DNA of 64,000 nt from Candidatus Marinacidobacterales bacterium (GTDB lineage: Bacteria; Acidobacteriota; Vicinamibacteria; Marinacidobacterales; SMYC01), in NCBI GenBank assembly GCA_965237955.1, contig OZ250169.1, forward strand, positions 1,376,001 through 1,440,000, given 5' to 3'. Each line of letters begins with the position of its first letter. Within the stretch, counting starts at the first letter, position 1. Position numbers and translations under genes: made by a program. Positions 1 through 11,059 of the stretch are shown one piece after another. Below the pieces are notes generated by a model that worked only from the letters and a program-made list of their open reading frames with translations, searched no databases and was not told the origin of the DNA.

Positions 1-232
1 CCGCACGCGGCGCAAAAAAGTAAGCAGGCTGCCGCGGAGGCCGCAAACAAGAGTGCTTGTCTATTCACGAAGTTGTCCTCCTGCAGACCGAGGGGAGTCT
101 GCCGATTGAGTCCTGTTGTTGCGGCTTCTGGGGATCGCTTTCGTCGAGAGCAAAAGCGAAATCTAGCACAACTGCCCGGTTTCGGCCAAGAGGACCGGTT
201 TTACCAGATGTTAAATCGGTGTTAAGTATCTA

Positions 233-458
233 TAATCGCTCTACCTACACGCTGTCGGCGCGGTCGTTCGTTGCGGCGCTGCTGCAATACAACACGTCGA
301 ACAGCTCGCTGTCGATGAACCTGCGCTACCGCTGGGAATATCAGCCGGGGAGTGGATATGTCGTCTATACCGATGGGCGGGACACCACGGGTATTGGATA
401 TCCCGACCTTCGGAACCAGAGCTTTGTCGTGAAATTCACGAGACTGTTTCGCTTCTGA
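233..458 (+). pseudogene. 3' fragment of a DUF5916-type outer-membrane protein (paralog of the downstream gene)
   Basis: TYTLSARSFVAALLQYN...NLRYRWEYQPGS...VVKFTRLFRF closely matches the C-terminus of the 480-2770 protein; upstream sequence is unrelated. Confidence 0.75.
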
Positions 459-479
459 CGCCGCTGACCCGATGACACG

Positions 480-2770
480 ATGACCCCCAACTTCAAGACG
501 GTCTTGTTCCTCGCCGTCGTGTGCGCGGCGTCAAGCTTTGCGCTCTCAGCCGATGGCGACGACTCCCTCAGTATCGACGAGCTCAACACGCTCCCGAGGC
601 GCCGGCGGTGATGACCCGCGACGACGATGGCAACGCCACGCTGCGCGCGGTTCGGCTCGAGGAGCCGTTGGTCCTCGACGGCTCCCTCGACGAGCGGGCC
701 TACGCAAGCGTCCCCGCGATGAGTGGATTCGTCCAGCAGGAACCGCACGCTGGTGAGCAGGCGACGGAGCAGACCGACGTCTGGGTGTTCTTCGATCAGA
801 ACAACGTGTATGTCGCGGCCAGGCTTTGGGACTCGCACCCTGAGCGCATCGTTGCCAACGAGATGCGGCGCGACAACTTCAACATCAAGGGCCAGAACGC
901 GAGCTTCTCCGTCATTCTCGATACCTTCTACGACCACCGCAACGGGTTCTTGTTCCGTACGAATCCGCTCGGCGCGCTCTGGGACGGCCAAGTGACGGAC
1001 GAGCAGAACGTCAACAGCGATTGGAACACGATTTGGTACGTGAAGTCGGCCCGCTTTGCCGAGGGATGGACGCTGGAGATGTCGCTTCCGTTCAAATCGC
1101 TTCGCTATCGGGCAGAAGACTCTCAGATCTGGGGCATCAACTTCGAGCGGCGGGTGAAGTGGAAAAACGAGAGCAGCCATCTGGTTCCGATCCCCCCCGC
1201 GTTCTATCGACAGGGGCTCATCAAGCTGTCGTTTGCGGCAACGCTCGTCGGTATCGAGACGCCAACGCACTCGATGAGCCTCGAGGTCAAGCCCTACGTG
1301 AGCGGTGCGACGAACACCGACTTGACCGCGGAAGAGCCGTACGAAAATCGAGGTGACGCCGATTTCGGCTTCGACGCGAAGTACGGTGTGACCAAAGGAC
1401 TGACATTCGACTTCACCTACAACACCGATTTCGCCCAAGTCGAGGCCGATGAATCTCAAGTGAACCTCACGCGATTCAGCCTCTTCTTTCCCGAAAAGCG
1501 CGAGTTCTTTCTCGAGGGTCAGGGCATTTTCAATTTCGGCGGTCGCGGCGCGCGCGCGTTTTCCTTCGATGGTCCGTCCGATGCGCCGGTCATGTTCTTC
1601 AGCCGTCGCATCGGTTTCGAGGACGGTCTCGAGGTCCCGATCCTCGCTGGTGGGCGGCTCACGGGTCGTGCCGGTGCGTTCAGCCTCGGTTTGCTGAACA
1701 TTACCACCGACGAGGCGCTTGGCGGCCTCATCCCCCAGATGAACTACTCGGTCGTCCGGGTGAAGCGTGACGTTCTCGCGCGCAGCAACATCGGTTTCAT
1801 CGGAACGTATCGTACCGAGAACCTGGATCGTACGGGCTCGAACGGCTTGCTCGGCGTCGACGGGAATTTCACGTTCTACGACAACCTGAATATCAACGCC
1901 TACTACGCGAAAACGGACACCCCTGAGCTCGATCAAGGGGACACGAGCTATCGGGGCGCGGTCAAATTCGATGCGGACTTGTACGGCTTCGAAGCGGAGC
2001 ACATGCTCATCGATCCCGACTTCAATCCTGAGCTCGGCTTCATGAGGCGCCGGGATATCCGCAAGACCCGTGCCGGTGCTCGCTACAGCATCCGCCCCGC
2101 CGCGATCGAAGCCATTCGCAAAGTCGACTTCGACGGCCGCTACAACGACTACCGGACCGTAAGCGGCGGCCAGATGGAGACCCAGATCTTCGATGTCGAG
2201 ACTCGTGTGCGTTTCGAAAGCGGTGACTTCGCGAAGTTCACCTACAGCCACAACTTCGAAGCGATTTTCGAGGATTTCGAGATCTCCGACGGCATCTTCA
2301 TTCCCGTCGGCAACTACCGGTTCGATCGCGTCCGCGCCGGCATGTGGTTCAGCAGACATCGTCGGCTCTCCGGGTGGGTCGGCGTGGAAGTGGGGAGCTT
2401 CTTCGGGGGCACCCGCACCGAGTTGACCTTGATGCGACGAAACCGTGTCGAGGTGACACCGCAGTTCTCCCTCGAGCCCGGCATCACCATCAACTGGATC
2501 GACCTTCCCCAAGGCGCCTTCACGACCAGCCTCGTCCGACTGCGAGCTACTTACACGATTTCGCCGCGGAGCTTCGTCGGCGCGCTCGTACAGTACAACT
2601 CCGAAGCGAACGCGTTCACGACCAACCTCCGCTTCCGCTGGGAGTACCGCCCCGGAAGCGACGTGTTCTTCGTCTATAGCGACGGCCGCGATACTTTGGC
2701 CGGCAGTGGCATCCCGACCCTAGAAAACCGCAGCGTGATTGTGAAAGTAACGCGGCTGTTTCGTTTTTAG
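480..2770 (+). CDS. DUF5916 / CBM9-like domain outer-membrane beta-barrel protein; frameshift after the signal peptide
   Basis: Motifs LDGSLDE, NTDFAQVEAD, NLTRFSLFFPEKREFFLEG, C-terminal F. Signal peptide MTPNFKTVLFLAVVCAASSFA starts at ATG 480 in a different frame from ORF 521-2770. Confidence 0.8.
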
Positions 2771-2821
2771 TGGATCCGCTATCCGCGTATCCGCGCCGTC
2801 GAAGCTCGTGCAACACGACCC

Positions 2822-2850
2822 TGCTGATGGCCGATGGCTGACGGCAGCAG
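2822..2850. repeat. Degenerate heptamer repeat (TGATGGC family)
   Basis: tgctgatggccgatggctgacggc; same unit at 28616-28707 and 47720-47752. Confidence 0.55.
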
Positions 2851-2891
2851 CTTAACGGGCGGACAAACATGCGATAAACTTTCCCCACCGC

Positions 2892-3923
2892 ATGCCGAAG
2901 AAGCGAGTCTCCGTTCTCTACGAGATATGGTGGCCCAAGGAGTCTCCCGAGCCGCCGCGCACGCTTCTCGGAAAACGTCCGGCCGATGGTCCGTCCGATC
3001 CGGAACCGGACGTTCACGAGGAAGTCTACGATGCTCTTGGAAGGATCGGCTATTCTCCGCAATACGCGGTGTTGGAAGGCGACGTCGCAAGCCTTGCGAA
3101 GATGGCGAGGGCGCGTACATCTCTGGTTTTCAATCTCACCGAATCATACGCCGGAGACGACACCAAAGACCTCCACGTGGCCGCATTTCTCGAGCTTTTG
3201 GGGAAACCTTTCACGGGCTGTGACGCGCGTGCTCTCCATCTAGGCCAGGACAAAGCTTTGGCCAAGAAGATTCTTTGCTTCCACGGTATCCCGACTCCCG
3301 ATTTCGTCTCGGTGGCGCGTGGGACGAAACGCATCGAGCCCGACCTTCCTTTCCCACTCATCGTGAAACCTTCGCTAGAAGACGGTTCGATCGGTATCGA
3401 CACCGGCTCCGTCGTTCACGATGACAAGGCGCTTCGTGAGCGCGTGCGATACATTTACTCGTCATTCGCGGGGCCCGCCCTGGTGGAACGCTATGTGGAA
3501 GGTCGAGAAATCTACGTGGCGATCATTGGAAACGATCCACCGGAGGCGCTACCCCTGGTGGAGCTGGACCTGTCGGGCGTTCCGCACGATGTACCGCGAA
3601 TCGCGGGGACCGAGGTCAAGTGGTGGAAGGGTTCGGAGATCTATCACAAGACGCCGCCGATCTACCCGAAGAATTTTTCTCGACAGCTCACCCGCAAAGT
3701 CCAGAAGATCGCCGTTGCTGCATTTCGTTCACTTGGACTGCGCGACTACGGGCGCGTGGATCTCAGAGTGACAGAAGGTGGAGCTGTGTTCGTCATCGAA
3801 GTGAATCCCAACCCGTGGCTCTCATCAGAGTGCGAGTACTTCATGGCGTGGAAGAAAACGGGACGTGGCTACGACGAGCTCATCGCCCGCCTAGTCGAGC
3901 TAGCCTTCGAGCGTGCTAAATAG
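2892..3923 (+). CDS. D-alanine--D-alanine ligase family ATP-grasp protein
   Basis: FNLTE, DKALAK, PLIVKPSLEDGSIGI, GRVDLR, IEVNPNP motifs. Confidence 0.85.
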   Translation: MPKKRVSVLYEIWWPKESPEPPRTLLGKRPADGPSDPEPDVHEEVYDALGRIGYSPQYAVLEGDVASLAKMARARTSLVFNLTESYAGDDTKDLHVAAFLELLGKPFTGCDARALHLGQDKALAKKILCFHGIPTPDFVSVARGTKRIEPDLPFPLIVKPSLEDGSIGIDTGSVVHDDKALRERVRYIYSSFAGPALVERYVEGREIYVAIIGNDPPEALPLVELDLSGVPHDVPRIAGTEVKWWKGSEIYHKTPPIYPKNFSRQLTRKVQKIAVAAFRSLGLRDYGRVDLRVTEGGAVFVIEVNPNPWLSSECEYFMAWKKTGRGYDELIARLVELAFERAK

Positions 3924-4024
3924 GGCACGAACACCTTCTTGTAGCCGGTGCGGTCGGCGAGCTTTCCTGTTAAGGGTCGGGTCATCAGGATTACCTGCGG
4001 ACGGTGGGTGGACGGAACGCGAGC

Positions 4025-4324
4025 TCAGTCTTCGCTCTCGACTTCGTAGATGCTTTCGACCTCGAGGAGCTGCGCGATGAACTCGCGAACGTCGGACTCC
4101 GCCTGCTGTTCGGTGACCTCGAACTCCTTCACGATGGTGTTCACGATCTCTCGAAGGCCTCGTTTTCCGTCGATGAGCTCGTACACGCGGGCGCCGACTT
4201 CGTTCAACGTGTAGAGCGTCTCCATGTCGGCGACGTCTTTGCGCATAGGCACCAGGATCAGCTCGTCGACGATTTTGCGCGAGACGACCTCTTCGTTGCG
4301 GGCAAAGATAGCGTCGAGCTCCAT
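4025..4324 (-). CDS. PqqD family (RRE-like) protein
   Basis: 99 aa; LYTLNEVGARVYELIDGKR...IVKEFEV...DVREFIAQL pattern. Confidence 0.8.
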   Translation of the reverse strand: MELDAIFARNEEVVSRKIVDELILVPMRKDVADMETLYTLNEVGARVYELIDGKRGLREIVNTIVKEFEVTEQQAESDVREFIAQLLEVESIYEVESED

Positions 4325-4351
4325 CGCGACGTTCCTAATAGGCTTGGTAGG

Positions 4352-4663
4352 CTAGTAGCGGGGAACGGTCGGGTCGATGGTTAGAGACCAGGCGTCGATC
4401 CCGCCGGCCATGCTCTTAACGTTGGTAAAGCCTTTTTGCGCGAAGAAATGAACCGCGTTGAGGCTACGGACACCGGTGTGACAATAGAACACGAGCGGCG
4501 TGTCTTTGTCCCACGAGGCCATCATCTCGTCGACGAGCGTTTTCGAAGCGAGCGTCGCTCCCTCGATACGCGCCGTATTCCACTCGTCTTCACCGCGCAC
4601 GTCGATGAGGCGAATGGTGCTCGATTTGAGCGCTTCCTGAACGTCCTGCGGCGAGACTTCCAC
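4352..4663 (-). CDS. Rhodanese-like domain protein
   Basis: LIDVR, FYCHTGVRS active loop, GGIDAWS...DPTVPRY. Confidence 0.9.
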   Translation of the reverse strand: MEVSPQDVQEALKSSTIRLIDVRGEDEWNTARIEGATLASKTLVDEMMASWDKDTPLVFYCHTGVRSLNAVHFFAQKGFTNVKSMAGGIDAWSLTIDPTVPRY

Positions 4664-4723
4664 GAAACTCCCCCTCCTGTGGGAGTTAGTGTATCAGCAT
4701 TCAGCATCGGGTTCATTCCAGGT

Positions 4724-5318
4724 CTGTTCATCCGTGCCAACGCACTCGACACGGCGTGGGGTACCGACGATATCGATTTCATCGCCGACGTTCGCCCACG
4801 CGGCGCAGTTCTACCCAAGTGTGAGGACCCGAGCGCGGTCGAGGACGTGGCGAGCCGACTCGGATTGGGCGTGGGATTGTTCTTGATGGTCGAGACCGCC
4901 GAGGGAGTCCTCGAAGCCGCCGCACTTGCGTGTGCGTCCAACGTGACCGGGCTCGTCTTCGGCGCTGCCGACTATCGTGAAAGATGCCGGCGGCCCGCGC
5001 GGCGTGAAGAAAGCGTTCGACACTCCTTGGTTCGAGTACAAGGATGTCGACGGTCTCGAGGCGAGCGCGCATCGCGTTCGCCAAATGGGTTTCGATGGTA
5101 AGACGGCGATCCACCCGAGCCAAGTGCCGGTGATCAACCGTGTGTTCTCACCGAGCCCGGAAGAAGTAGCGCGGGCGCGCCGCATCATCGAGGTCATGGA
5201 GAGGGCATCCGCGGAAGGGAAGAACGTCGCCACCCTCGACGACGAGATGGTCGAAGCGCTCCACGTAAGAGAGGCCATGCGGATTCTGGCAAGGGCCGGA
5301 ACCGCGCAGCCATCTTGA
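4724..5318 (+). pseudogene. CitE/HpcH-HpaI aldolase-citrate lyase family remnant
   Basis: FIRAN..., VLPKCE, LMVETAEG, LVFGAADY in one frame, then GFDGKTAIHPSQV in another; N-terminus missing and internal deletion near 4980. Confidence 0.75.
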
Positions 5319-5337
5319 GACGGGCTAGCGCTCCGAC

Positions 5338-7572
5338 TCACCGTTTCGGGCCGTTAAGCTCACGTTCTACTGGCGACAGGCAGCGCGTATCATCGCAAGC
5401 TTGATACACGAGGACGACGCGCTCGCCGCGGAGCTCGCCGGTAAGGGTGATTTCGCCTCCGTAAACCGAGATCGCGTCGTCGGAGAACGCGAACGTCATC
5501 ATCTCGCCTCGGGGATAGGTGATGTCGCCGACGTCGCCTTGGACTTCGGTCGCAATCAAATACGGTGACGACGCCGGGTTGGCGTTCACGTGCCAACCGT
5601 CTTGGATCTGCATCTCAATCTGGAATCGACCGTTCGTCGTGTGAAGCGTTGCGGCGACGACGGAATCCGCGATCGATTGCGGCGTCTCCTGCCCTTGCCG
5701 CTCACTGTGGTAGCGCGTGATCGAAAGCGCAAGTGTTTTCGTCGCCGATGGGTGCTGCGTGTACTCTGAAGAAAAAGCACGGAGCGCCGACTCCGCGCGC
5801 TCGGTGTAGACTTCCTTCCCGGTGAGCTCGGCCAGATTCATGAGCGCTTCGACTGCGGCGCCGTTTCCCGACGGGATCGCGCCGTCCATCGCGCCTTTCG
5901 TTTGGAACAAGTTCAACGGGTCCTCGGTGGTCTGGAAATAGCCACCATCCGGATCGCGAAGGCGAGACTCGAGCTCGTCGGCCAGTTTTTCGGCTGCCGC
6001 GAGCCAACGAGTGTCGCCGGTCTCACGATGGAGGGTCACGAGGCCGCGCATCATGAACGCGTAGTCGTCGAGAAACGCATCCACTTTGCTCTCGCCGTTT
6101 CTCCACGAGTGCTGGAGCGTTCCGTCCTCGCCTTCGAGCGATTCGAGGACGAAGCCCGCCGCTTTTGTGGCCGCATCGCGATACCGCGGCTCGTCGAAAA
6201 ACTCGCCACCTTTGGCCATGGCGGCGATCATCATCCCGTTCCAATCCACGAGCACTTTGTCGTCGAGGAGCGGGAACTCTCGTTGCAGGCGCGCGAGTCG
6301 AAGCGTTTCGATGGCCGGGGCCATACGTTCGAGCAGAGCTTCCCGCGTCGTCTCGAGCCGTGTCGCGTGCTGGTTGAGCGGGGCGCTCAGGTAGACGGTG
6401 TAGAGGTGCTCTTCGAAGTTAGGGTCGCCATCGAACGCGAAGATTGGCCCGAGGAGCGCGAGCTCGTCGTCGCTCAGAATCGTTTCGAGCTCCTCGCGGC
6501 TCCACACGTAATAGGCGCCCTCGTGGAGATCCGTCTGAGAGTCGATAGCCGATTGGAATCCGCCGACATCGTGGGTCAAGCGTTCCAGCACGAAGTCGAG
6601 AGTTCCGCGGGCGAAGCGCGCGAGCTCTTCGTCCCCGGTAAGGCGAGCCGTGTCGATCAGGATCTCGGCGAGAAACGCGTTGTCATACAGCATCTTCTCG
6701 AAGTGCGGCACGCGCCACTCGCGATCGGTGGCGTAGCGATGGAATCCCCCGCCGACGTGGTCGTAGAGCGCACCTTCGACCATGTGGCGCAGGGTCTCGA
6801 CGAGCATGCGACGCGCGTCTCCCTCGCCGTCGACGGCGCGCGCGTGGAGAAGAAAGAGATTGGCCGGTGACGGGAACTTGGGCGCGGGACCGAATCCACC
6901 CCACTTCTCGTCGAAGCTTTGCCGGAGGGAATCGACGGCACGCTCGACGCCGTCTTCGCCGGGTACATCGGAAGCCGGGCCGGCTCGCGATGCAATCATG
7001 TCCTCCATCGCGGTTTTGATGCGCGCGGCGGACTCCTCGATGCGGGCGCGGTCGGTCGTCCACAGCTGTTGGATGCGATCGAGGATGGTGGGGAAGCCAA
7101 CCATGTTGCCACGGTCTTCGGGCGGGAAATAGGTGCCGGCGAAGAACGGTTCGAGATCCGGCGTCAGGAAGACCGAGTTCGGCCACCCGCCGCGGCGGGT
7201 GATGAGCTGCGTCGCGGTCATGTAAATCTCGTCGAGGTCCGGGCGCTCTTCTCGGTCCACTTTGATATTGATGAAGCCCGCGTTCATGATCGCCGCGATC
7301 TCCGGAACATCGAAGACGTCTTCTTCCATCCGGTGGCACCAGTAGCACGTGGAGTAGCCCACGGAGAGGAAAATGGGCCTGTCGAGCGAGCGAGCGAGCG
7401 CGATGGCTTCTTCGCCCCAGGGATACCAGTCTACCGGGTTGCGCGCGTGGAGCTGCAAGTACGGGCTGGTCTCATGGTAGAGGCGGTTGGTGCCGGGTGG
7501 TCGTTCCTGCGAAGGGGAGCACCGGGGCCCGACGAGAGCGAAAGCGAGAAGTAGCATGAGGCTCCGAGACAT
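5338..7572 (-). CDS. DUF255/YyaL (SPATA20-like) thioredoxin-domain protein with C-terminal DsbD-N-like domain
   Basis: NRLYHETSPYLQLHARNPVDWYPW, GYSTCYWCH, KVDREERPDLD, PHFEKMLYDNA; ends GWHVNANP...YQACDD. Confidence 0.9.
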   Translation of the reverse strand: MSRSLMLLLAFALVGPRCSPSQERPPGTNRLYHETSPYLQLHARNPVDWYPWGEEAIALARSLDRPIFLSVGYSTCYWCHRMEEDVFDVPEIAAIMNAGFINIKVDREERPDLDEIYMTATQLITRRGGWPNSVFLTPDLEPFFAGTYFPPEDRGNMVGFPTILDRIQQLWTTDRARIEESAARIKTAMEDMIASRAGPASDVPGEDGVERAVDSLRQSFDEKWGGFGPAPKFPSPANLFLLHARAVDGEGDARRMLVETLRHMVEGALYDHVGGGFHRYATDREWRVPHFEKMLYDNAFLAEILIDTARLTGDEELARFARGTLDFVLERLTHDVGGFQSAIDSQTDLHEGAYYVWSREELETILSDDELALLGPIFAFDGDPNFEEHLYTVYLSAPLNQHATRLETTREALLERMAPAIETLRLARLQREFPLLDDKVLVDWNGMMIAAMAKGGEFFDEPRYRDAATKAAGFVLESLEGEDGTLQHSWRNGESKVDAFLDDYAFMMRGLVTLHRETGDTRWLAAAEKLADELESRLRDPDGGYFQTTEDPLNLFQTKGAMDGAIPSGNGAAVEALMNLAELTGKEVYTERAESALRAFSSEYTQHPSATKTLALSITRYHSERQGQETPQSIADSVVAATLHTTNGRFQIEMQIQDGWHVNANPASSPYLIATEVQGDVGDITYPRGEMMTFAFSDDAISVYGGEITLTGELRGERVVLVYQACDDTRCLSPVERELNGPKR

Positions 7573-7698
7573 AGTTGAACATTAGGTTGTTGGTGGAAGC
7601 GGCGCAACTCGCTGCACTGGAGCGCCGTCCTGAGGGGAAGCAGGAACCAAAGAAGCGCAGGAATGCAGTAGACAGATTTGTGGTAGCGTTCCTGTTCA

Positions 7699-10600
7699 AT
7701 GGAGGTGGGCATGGGCTCGCGGGCGCTTGCGCTCGGTGTTCTGGTGGCGGCCTGTGCCGCTTCGAGCGTTGCCGAGGAGCTCGAGGTCGTCCTCCGCGAA
7801 GGCACGAACTTCGCGGTCGCTCGCTCTCCCGTCGACGATAGTTTCATCCTCGACTTGCAGGGGACTTTGTGGCGACTGCCGAGTGACGGCGGGGAAGCGA
7901 CCGCGTTGACCGACAGCATGGGCGACGACCGCATGCCTCACATCTCGCCCGACGGCGCGCGCGTCGTCTTTCAGTCGTACCGCGCGGGCACGTGGGATAT
8001 TTGGGCAGCGAATGCCGATGGCTCGGCACTCGTCGCACTCACCGATAGCCGGTTCGACGATCGGGAGCCGGTGTTCTCGCCCGATGGCACATGGGTCGCG
8101 TTCTCGTCAGACCGGAACGGGAACTACGATATCTGGGTGCTCGACCTCGAGACGCAGGAGCTCGAAGCCCTCACCCGACACGAGGCGAGCGACTTCATGC
8201 CCGCGTGGTCGCCTTCCGGGGACGCGATCGCGTTCGTGTCCGAGCGTGATTCGGAGCCAGCTCTCTACCGTCTGGAGCCGGGCTCGGATGGCGAGCCCAC
8301 GCGACTCGCATCGTTCGACGGAAGGATAGCCGCACCGTCGTGGAGCCCGAATGGCTACCGTATTGCGCTGCGCTTGCTGGAGCTAGGGTCGATGAGCGCG
8401 GATGCCTTGGGCCCGGCGCCCGAGTCGAGTCGGCTAGTGCTCGTTTCTGTGGATAGCGGCGAGGTCGTCGACGTGGTGACGCCGACAGACGTCTTTCCGT
8501 TTCGCATCGAGTGGTTGGGCGACGCGGAGATCGTCTACACGGCGGCGGGATCGCTTTGGCGACAGTCACTCGAGGGAGGGGCCGAAGCTCGTGCGATTCC
8601 GTTTGAGGCGACGGTGACGTTGGACCGGTCACCCTACCGAAGGCGCGACGTCGATCTCATCGAGGATGGCGAGGAGCTACCCGTGCGCGGCATCGTTCGC
8701 CCGGTGGTATCACCGGACGGCTCGAAGATCGCGTTTGCGGCCCTTGGCGATATTTGGACGGTCTCGTCTCAGGGCGGTGAGCCCGTCGCTCTCACCCGCG
8801 ACGAGCATCTCGACTCGGATCCTTCCTGGTCACCCGATTCGAGTTCGCTCGTGTACAGCTCGGATCGTTGGGGAACGATGGATCTGTGGGTCAAGGCGGT
8901 TTCAGCGTCGCACCGCACCCGCGGACGCCAGCTGACGTTCGCAATCGGCGCTGAAATCTCGCCAGCGTGGTCGCCCGATGGGACGAAGGTCGCTTACGTC
9001 GACGAGCGCTCGCGGATCCACGTTGTGCCCGCGACCGGCGGTAACGACGAAGTGCTGAGCTCGCCGCGTCGCGGCGTGAGCCAGCCGTCGTGGTCGAGCG
9101 ACAGCCACCATTTGGCCTTTGCCGTTCACGAACCAATCTCGTCTCGTTTTCGTGAGGGCTACAATCGGATCCACGTGCTCGATACCAGAAGCAGCCTGTC
9201 AGGCCTGTCGCGCGTTGTCGAGCAACCCAAAGGAAGTGTCGGCACGCGCGACGGGGACGGGCCGGTGTGGAGTCCCGATGGGCGCTCGATGGCGTTCGCG
9301 ATGGACGGCGGTCTATGGGTCATGCCAGTCGCAATCGACGGGAAACCTCGAGACGTTCCGCGGGAAGTTGTTCGGGAGGCAGTCGATTTTCCCAGCTGGT
9401 CGCCCGATAGCGCTTCGATCCTTTTCGTCGGGCCGAAAGGGATGAAACGCGTGGATCTCGAGAGTGGGCGCGCGACGCACGTCGGCGTTCAACATCACTA
9501 CGAAGCGGTCTCGGCAGGCGGTCGTTTCATGATCCGCGACGTGCGTATCGTGGACGGTAGTCGAGAGACCGCGCTCGAGCACCAGGATGTCGTGATCGAA
9601 GGCAACCGTATCGAGCGCATCGAGCCCACGATGGCGGTCCTCCCCCGAGACATGCGCGTCATCGACGGCGCCGGTAAGACGCTCATCCCCGGGCTCATCG
9701 AAATGCATACGCACTTGAGCCTACCGGCGTAGGGCTCGCAGCACGGCAAAGTGTGGCTAGCGTATGGCATCACCTCCATCAGGACACTCACGGATGCGCC
9801 GTACCGAACCCTCGAGGAACGCGAATCCGTGCGTTCGGGTCGGCGGATCGGTCCGCGAGTTTTCATGACCGGCGCCGCGATGGACGGTGACCGCGTCTAT
9901 TACACGAGCAACCTCGCCATCGGCGATGAGGAAGAGCTCGCCCGGGAGATGCAACGCGCCTTCGATATCGGCTACGACCTCGTCAAAACTTACGTGCGTC
10001 TGCCCGACGATCTCCAGAAGCTCGCGATCGAGGAAGCACATCGTCAAGGAATCTTCGTCACATCACACGAGCTGTATCCTGCGCTCGCGTACGGTGTCGA
10101 TGGCGTCGAGCACGTCGCAGGGACGTCGCGACGCGGCTATTCGCCGAAACTTTCCGACCTCGGTCGAAGCTACGACGACGTCATCGAGCTCATCGGGCGC
10201 TCCGGCGTCTATTTCACGCCGACGGTATTGATCTACGGCGGCTGGACGCTCGCACTCGCGCGCGCGCCCGAGCTCGTTCGAGAGCGTCGCTTTGAAAAGC
10301 TATTTCCGGCGTGGGCTCAGGATCGGTTCAAAAGTACGCCCGTTACCGAGAACGCGGACGCTGCTAGCGATGTGGTGGCCCCCATCTTCGAAACGGTGCG
10401 AGGCGTTTCCGATCGGGGAGGTCGTATCCTAGCGGGCACCGACTCGCCGATCGTGCCCTATGGGTTGAGCCTGCTCCTCGAGATCGAGCAACTTGCCGAA
10501 GCCGGTCTCGCTCCGATGGAAGCGCTCGATAGTGCGACTCGAGTCGCTGCCGAAGCGCTCGGTGTGGGGCACGAGCTCGGGACCATCGAGGTTGGCAAGA

Positions 10601-10722
10601 TCGCCGACCTCGTCCTCCTCGGTGGAGACCCGTTGGAAGATATCGGGAACTTGCGGAAGACCGAACTCGTCATCATGAACGGCCGCCTTGTCACAGTGGA
10701 GCAGCTATTGAGAAGCCCCTGA
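7699..10722 (+). pseudogene. PD40/TolB beta-propeller plus amidohydrolase, interrupted by in-frame TAG at 9730-9732
   Basis: Many WSPDG repeats; PGLIEMHTH metal motif then TAG; ORF 9751-10722 continues in the same frame (YGITSIR, AGTDSP, GTIEVGKIADLV). Confidence 0.85.
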
Positions 10723-10799
10723 GCATCCAAAAAAAGGTGCTTCCGGGGTTTCCGGGTGAATGAACAGCGGCAAATCATTGCGGCTCGACGCACCGAGCG

Positions 10800-10976
10800 C
10801 TAGATGCTTCCCACTAAAACAAGAGTCGCCCACGAAGGCGCCGTGTCGCGTAACGGCAACGTCACCGAGAAGAGCAGGAACAACCGAATCCACTCGCCGT
10901 CGGGGCCGTAGATGCGACGAAATGCTTCGGTCTGATCTTGTTTGACCTGATACTCCGAGATATAGGCGAAGCTCAT
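10800..10976 (-). pseudogene. Truncated ABM-like (antibiotic biosynthesis monooxygenase) fragment
   Basis: EYQVKQDQTEAFRRIYGPDGEWIRLF, then degenerates. Confidence 0.45.
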
Positions 10977-11059
10977 GTCGCCCTGATTGTAGAGCACTTA
11001 CATTGCTTTTCCCCAGCGAGCGCAATAAGCTGCCGGTCGCCAAACACGAGGAGAAACCG

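Noticed and set aside
1-232. Possible IS end truncating the first DUF5916 paralog
   Set aside because: The sequence looks foreign, but no partner terminal repeat or transposase motif can be confirmed within the window
365-2512. Long antisense ORFs (also 30168-32381, 50488-52239) and long alternative-frame ORFs (53970-55730, 58003-59712)
   Set aside because: Shadow frames of GC-rich genes with no recognisable motifs
9730-9732. In-frame TAG here (and at 61724) as pyrrolysine or amber recoding
   Set aside because: TAG is the normal stop for several intact genes here (HU, hemB, pdxS, Ycf46-like) and no pyl genes are seen; nonsense mutation is simpler
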